A DNA stretch of 60,841 nucleotides from contig JAZDHV010000003.1 of the NCBI GenBank assembly GCA_043805595.1, positions 1 through 60,841 of the forward strand, given 5' to 3'. Each line of letters begins with the position of its first letter. The stretch's first letter is position 1. Shown one piece after another: positions 58,535 to 60,841 of the stretch. The stretch comes from Candidatus Woesearchaeota archaeon (GTDB lineage: Archaea > Nanobdellota > Nanobdellia > Woesearchaeales > JAGVYU01). The notes below the pieces were generated by a model that worked only from the letters and a program-made list of their open reading frames with translations, was not told the DNA's origin and did no database searches. The position numbers and the translations under genes were made by a program.

Positions 58535-59983
58535 ATGGACAGACAAAAGGAATGTGTTAAATTTAAAAATGATAATAAGGTATATCGGTTAATTGCAGGA
58601 TATGATTATAGTGATGCAGTAGAATTAGTTATCCATACAGGGATCTCCAGCAATACTTTTGGGTTCTCCGGCCATACTTTTCGTCGTGATCATCGCTATC
58701 CTTTTAGAAGTGCTTCCATTAATGAAAGTGGTGTTGTCACACAAATAGAATCTAAAAAAGGTTTATTCAGACTGGATACAACATCTGGACTAACTCAGGT
58801 TGTAACAGATATGCCATCAAATGAAAGAATCCTATTAATAAAAAATGTATATGATACTATGGCTGCTATCTCTGCTGGGTGGAGAAAAGCAAAAATAGAA
58901 AGAATAAATCTTGATCCTTATATTCCTCGATCAGCAATGATGCCTGGTGTTAATGATTTATTATATCAAGCAAATAGATTTGGATTCTCAAATTATATAT
59001 ACAGGGAAGAAAGCGAGGGTTGGTCAAAATTTAAACCTCCGACAAGCCATCCAACATGGTTTATATATAATCCTGTTGTTGAAGGTTGTGCTAAGGCAGT
59101 AACCAATCCTTGTGTTTTTTGTACTTTATATGATGGTGTAGGATTCAGAGTAGTTCCTCTAAAGGAATTTAAGCAAAATGAACAAAGATTAAAAAAATAT
59201 GCTGAGCATTTTATCAGAGGACATTTCACATGGCATAAATATAGAAGCCTTGAGGAATTCTTAAATAATAATCCAATTGAAGAGTCACATCATATAATTA
59301 GAGGATACTATAGCATGTTTTGGGGAGATGGTAATATATTATTTTTAGACCATAGTGACTTAATAAAACGTCTCAATATCCATAGAAAAACATTCACTGT
59401 AGATGGTCTTCCAGTCGAACCAAATCCTAAGGCCAAGAATCCAATAACAGTTTCTGCTAATACTATGTACGATTATACAGCAGAAACAGATATTTCAGCC
59501 ACACTTTCTCCAGTAACAGCTTTTGCCCATTTGAGTAGTGTACTTAGGCATGCAAATCATCTAAAAAAATACCTTCAAAGAGGTTTAACAGATCTGTGGG
59601 TTGGTGTTGAGAGCGGAGATCCTGTAACTCTAAAACAGATGAATAAATCAATATCACCAGCAATGCAAAAAGAAGCACTTAGTGCATTGCAAGAATCAGG
59701 AATTGCTATCCGTGCTACTGTTTTCTCTACTGCAATTGATGAGCAGAGGGCAGAAGAACATATTCAACGTACAGTAGATGCTGTTAGCGGACTTACACAA
59801 GGAGCTAATTGTGTTTACTTGTCAGATATTGTTGTACACCCTGGGACTGAGCTTCATGAGATGGTTCAAGCTGGAGATGTTAGAATTCCAAGCGGACAAA
59901 GAGTGAAAACTCTTAAACAAATACTTAAAGATGAACTTAGCAGAAGGAGTGTAATGACTTGGGATTATCCAATGGTTACCTAA
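58535..59983 (+). CDS. Radical SAM protein with N-terminal extension
   Basis: GCAKAVTNPCVFCTLY (CX7CX2C), FWGDGN, VGVESGDPVTLKQMNK, PGTEL; start codon uncertain. Confidence 0.8.
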   Translation: MDRQKECVKFKNDNKVYRLIAGYDYSDAVELVIHTGISSNTFGFSGHTFRRDHRYPFRSASINESGVVTQIESKKGLFRLDTTSGLTQVVTDMPSNERILLIKNVYDTMAAISAGWRKAKIERINLDPYIPRSAMMPGVNDLLYQANRFGFSNYIYREESEGWSKFKPPTSHPTWFIYNPVVEGCAKAVTNPCVFCTLYDGVGFRVVPLKEFKQNEQRLKKYAEHFIRGHFTWHKYRSLEEFLNNNPIEESHHIIRGYYSMFWGDGNILFLDHSDLIKRLNIHRKTFTVDGLPVEPNPKAKNPITVSANTMYDYTAETDISATLSPVTAFAHLSSVLRHANHLKKYLQRGLTDLWVGVESGDPVTLKQMNKSISPAMQKEALSALQESGIAIRATVFSTAIDEQRAEEHIQRTVDAVSGLTQGANCVYLSDIVVHPGTELHEMVQAGDVRIPSGQRVKTLKQILKDELSRRSVMTWDYPMVT

Positions 59984-60170
59984 CCAGATTAAGAATCTTA
60001 TTATAATTCCTAGTAATTTCTTTGAGTCTGCCCCTTTCCACTAAAACTAGGCATTTTCAAAAATTTTGTCTAATCGCTGATGTTAGCCGAACCGACCCCT
60101 ACGAAGTGGGGGGAGGGAAGTATGACGGAGGGAGTTCGCAACATCAAGAAAAAGAAGAAAGAATTATTTT

Positions 60171-60280
60171 TTATACTCAGAAATGGCAATACTCCAACCT
60201 TAAGGTTGGAGATGTAGCCATTTCTGGTCGACCTACTCCCATAGATACCCCTACCTTTAGGTGGGGGAGTAGGTCATTTT
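60171..60280. mobile_element. R3 110-bp element, copy 2
   Basis: Direct repeat of 45373-45482. Confidence 0.7.
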
Positions 60281-60578
60281 TAATTATTAATATTAGTAAA
60301 AGTACTACATAAGATAACCCTAAAGCAGATAATATGAATGGAAATAAGTAAATGGATGGTCCTGCTATAAAAATTCCTATAGCGAGTCCTAGACAGAATC
60401 CAAACATAGTTTGTCTTGTTCCATCAACAACAGAGACTCCTGCTGAACCATAAGTACAAGGAAATATTGGTAAAGGAATTAATTGTAGGATAACCAGTAT
60501 CAGAATAAAACCAAGAATCCTTTTTGGTGTTATCTTGAATATCTTTTTCCAATCCATAATAGTTCTATGAATATCCAT
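60177..60578 (-). CDS. Small membrane protein whose 3' end reads through into the R3 element
   Basis: MDWKKIFKITPKRIL N-terminus and three hydrophobic helices; the last ~33 codons derive from the repeat. Confidence 0.6.
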   Translation of the reverse strand: MDIHRTIMDWKKIFKITPKRILGFILILVILQLIPLPIFPCTYGSAGVSVVDGTRQTMFGFCLGLAIGIFIAGPSIYLFPFILSALGLSYVVLLLILIIKNDLLPHLKVGVSMGVGRPEMATSPTLRLEYCHF

Positions 60579-60616
60579 TATATATAATTCTTTCTATCAA
60601 GCGAACTCCGAGTAAT

Positions 60617-60729
60617 ATTTTGGCTAATCATGTTATATTCTTTTTCTAATACTTTAGTGTTGGAAAAATCCACGCTTCAGTGTGGAAGTTTGTCAAAGGC
60701 AAATTGAATATAATCATGTTATACACCCT
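60617..60729. other. Second pair of dif/Xer-like sites enclosing hairpins
   Basis: ATTTTGGCTAA-TCATG-TTATATTCTTT and ATTGAATATAA-TCATG-TTATACACCCT; shares TAATCATGTTATATTCTTTTTC with 49104. Confidence 0.5.
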
Positions 60730-60841
60730 CTGTTAAGAGGCAAAAATCATTAATTTGGAGTTTAAGCTGTTGCATAAACGGAAATATTAAGATTTTTGAG
60801 TTTTTCCGAAAGGAAAAATTGTGTATAATCAATGTTAAATG

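Noticed and set aside
59978-60088. Classical integron attC (ACCTAAC ... GTTAGCC) after the radical SAM gene, and a similar TTCTAAC...GTTAATT at ~47979-48053
   Set aside because: R boxes and inner pairing are poor and no IntI is visible; kept only as an alternative reading of the dif-like sites.
45340-60841. Provirus or integrative element at tRNA-Leu
   Set aside because: No integrase, capsid or replication genes, and no duplicated tRNA 3' end within the window.

Overview
AT-rich archaeal chromosomal window, most consistent with a DPANN (Woesearchaeota-like) genome. Evidence: KGQ/RGQ-type class III (pilin) signal peptides, TATA-box promoters, MNT-HEPN pairs, an S-layer-like domain and an intron-containing tRNA. 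The first ~32 kb is a tandemly triplicated surface-protein cassette. A is a 650-770 aa pilin-like protein; B is a secreted protein with a shared Cys-rich helical domain; C is a membrane-anchored protein with conserved ends and a variable middle, one copy carrying a lytic transglycosylase (SLT) domain; D is a polytopic membrane protein. The arrangement is A1-B1-C1-D1, A2-B2-(TA)-C2-D2, A3-B3-D3. Next come four convergent lineage-specific genes (one with HExxH), an MNT-MNT-HEPN protein, CBS and orphan receiver proteins, a beta-propeller lipoprotein, an IS4 remnant and a tRNA-Leu(TAA) with three introns. The last ~15 kb is accessory: TA pairs, HNH, Csp, CorA, ArsR-permease, PolB2-operon-like genes and a radical SAM protein. 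It is punctuated by dif/Xer-like sites and by a perfectly conserved 19-bp motif upstream of TATA boxes. At least six families of short palindromic non-coding repeats are scattered through the intergenic DNA. All assignments come from reading motifs by eye; no database searches were run.
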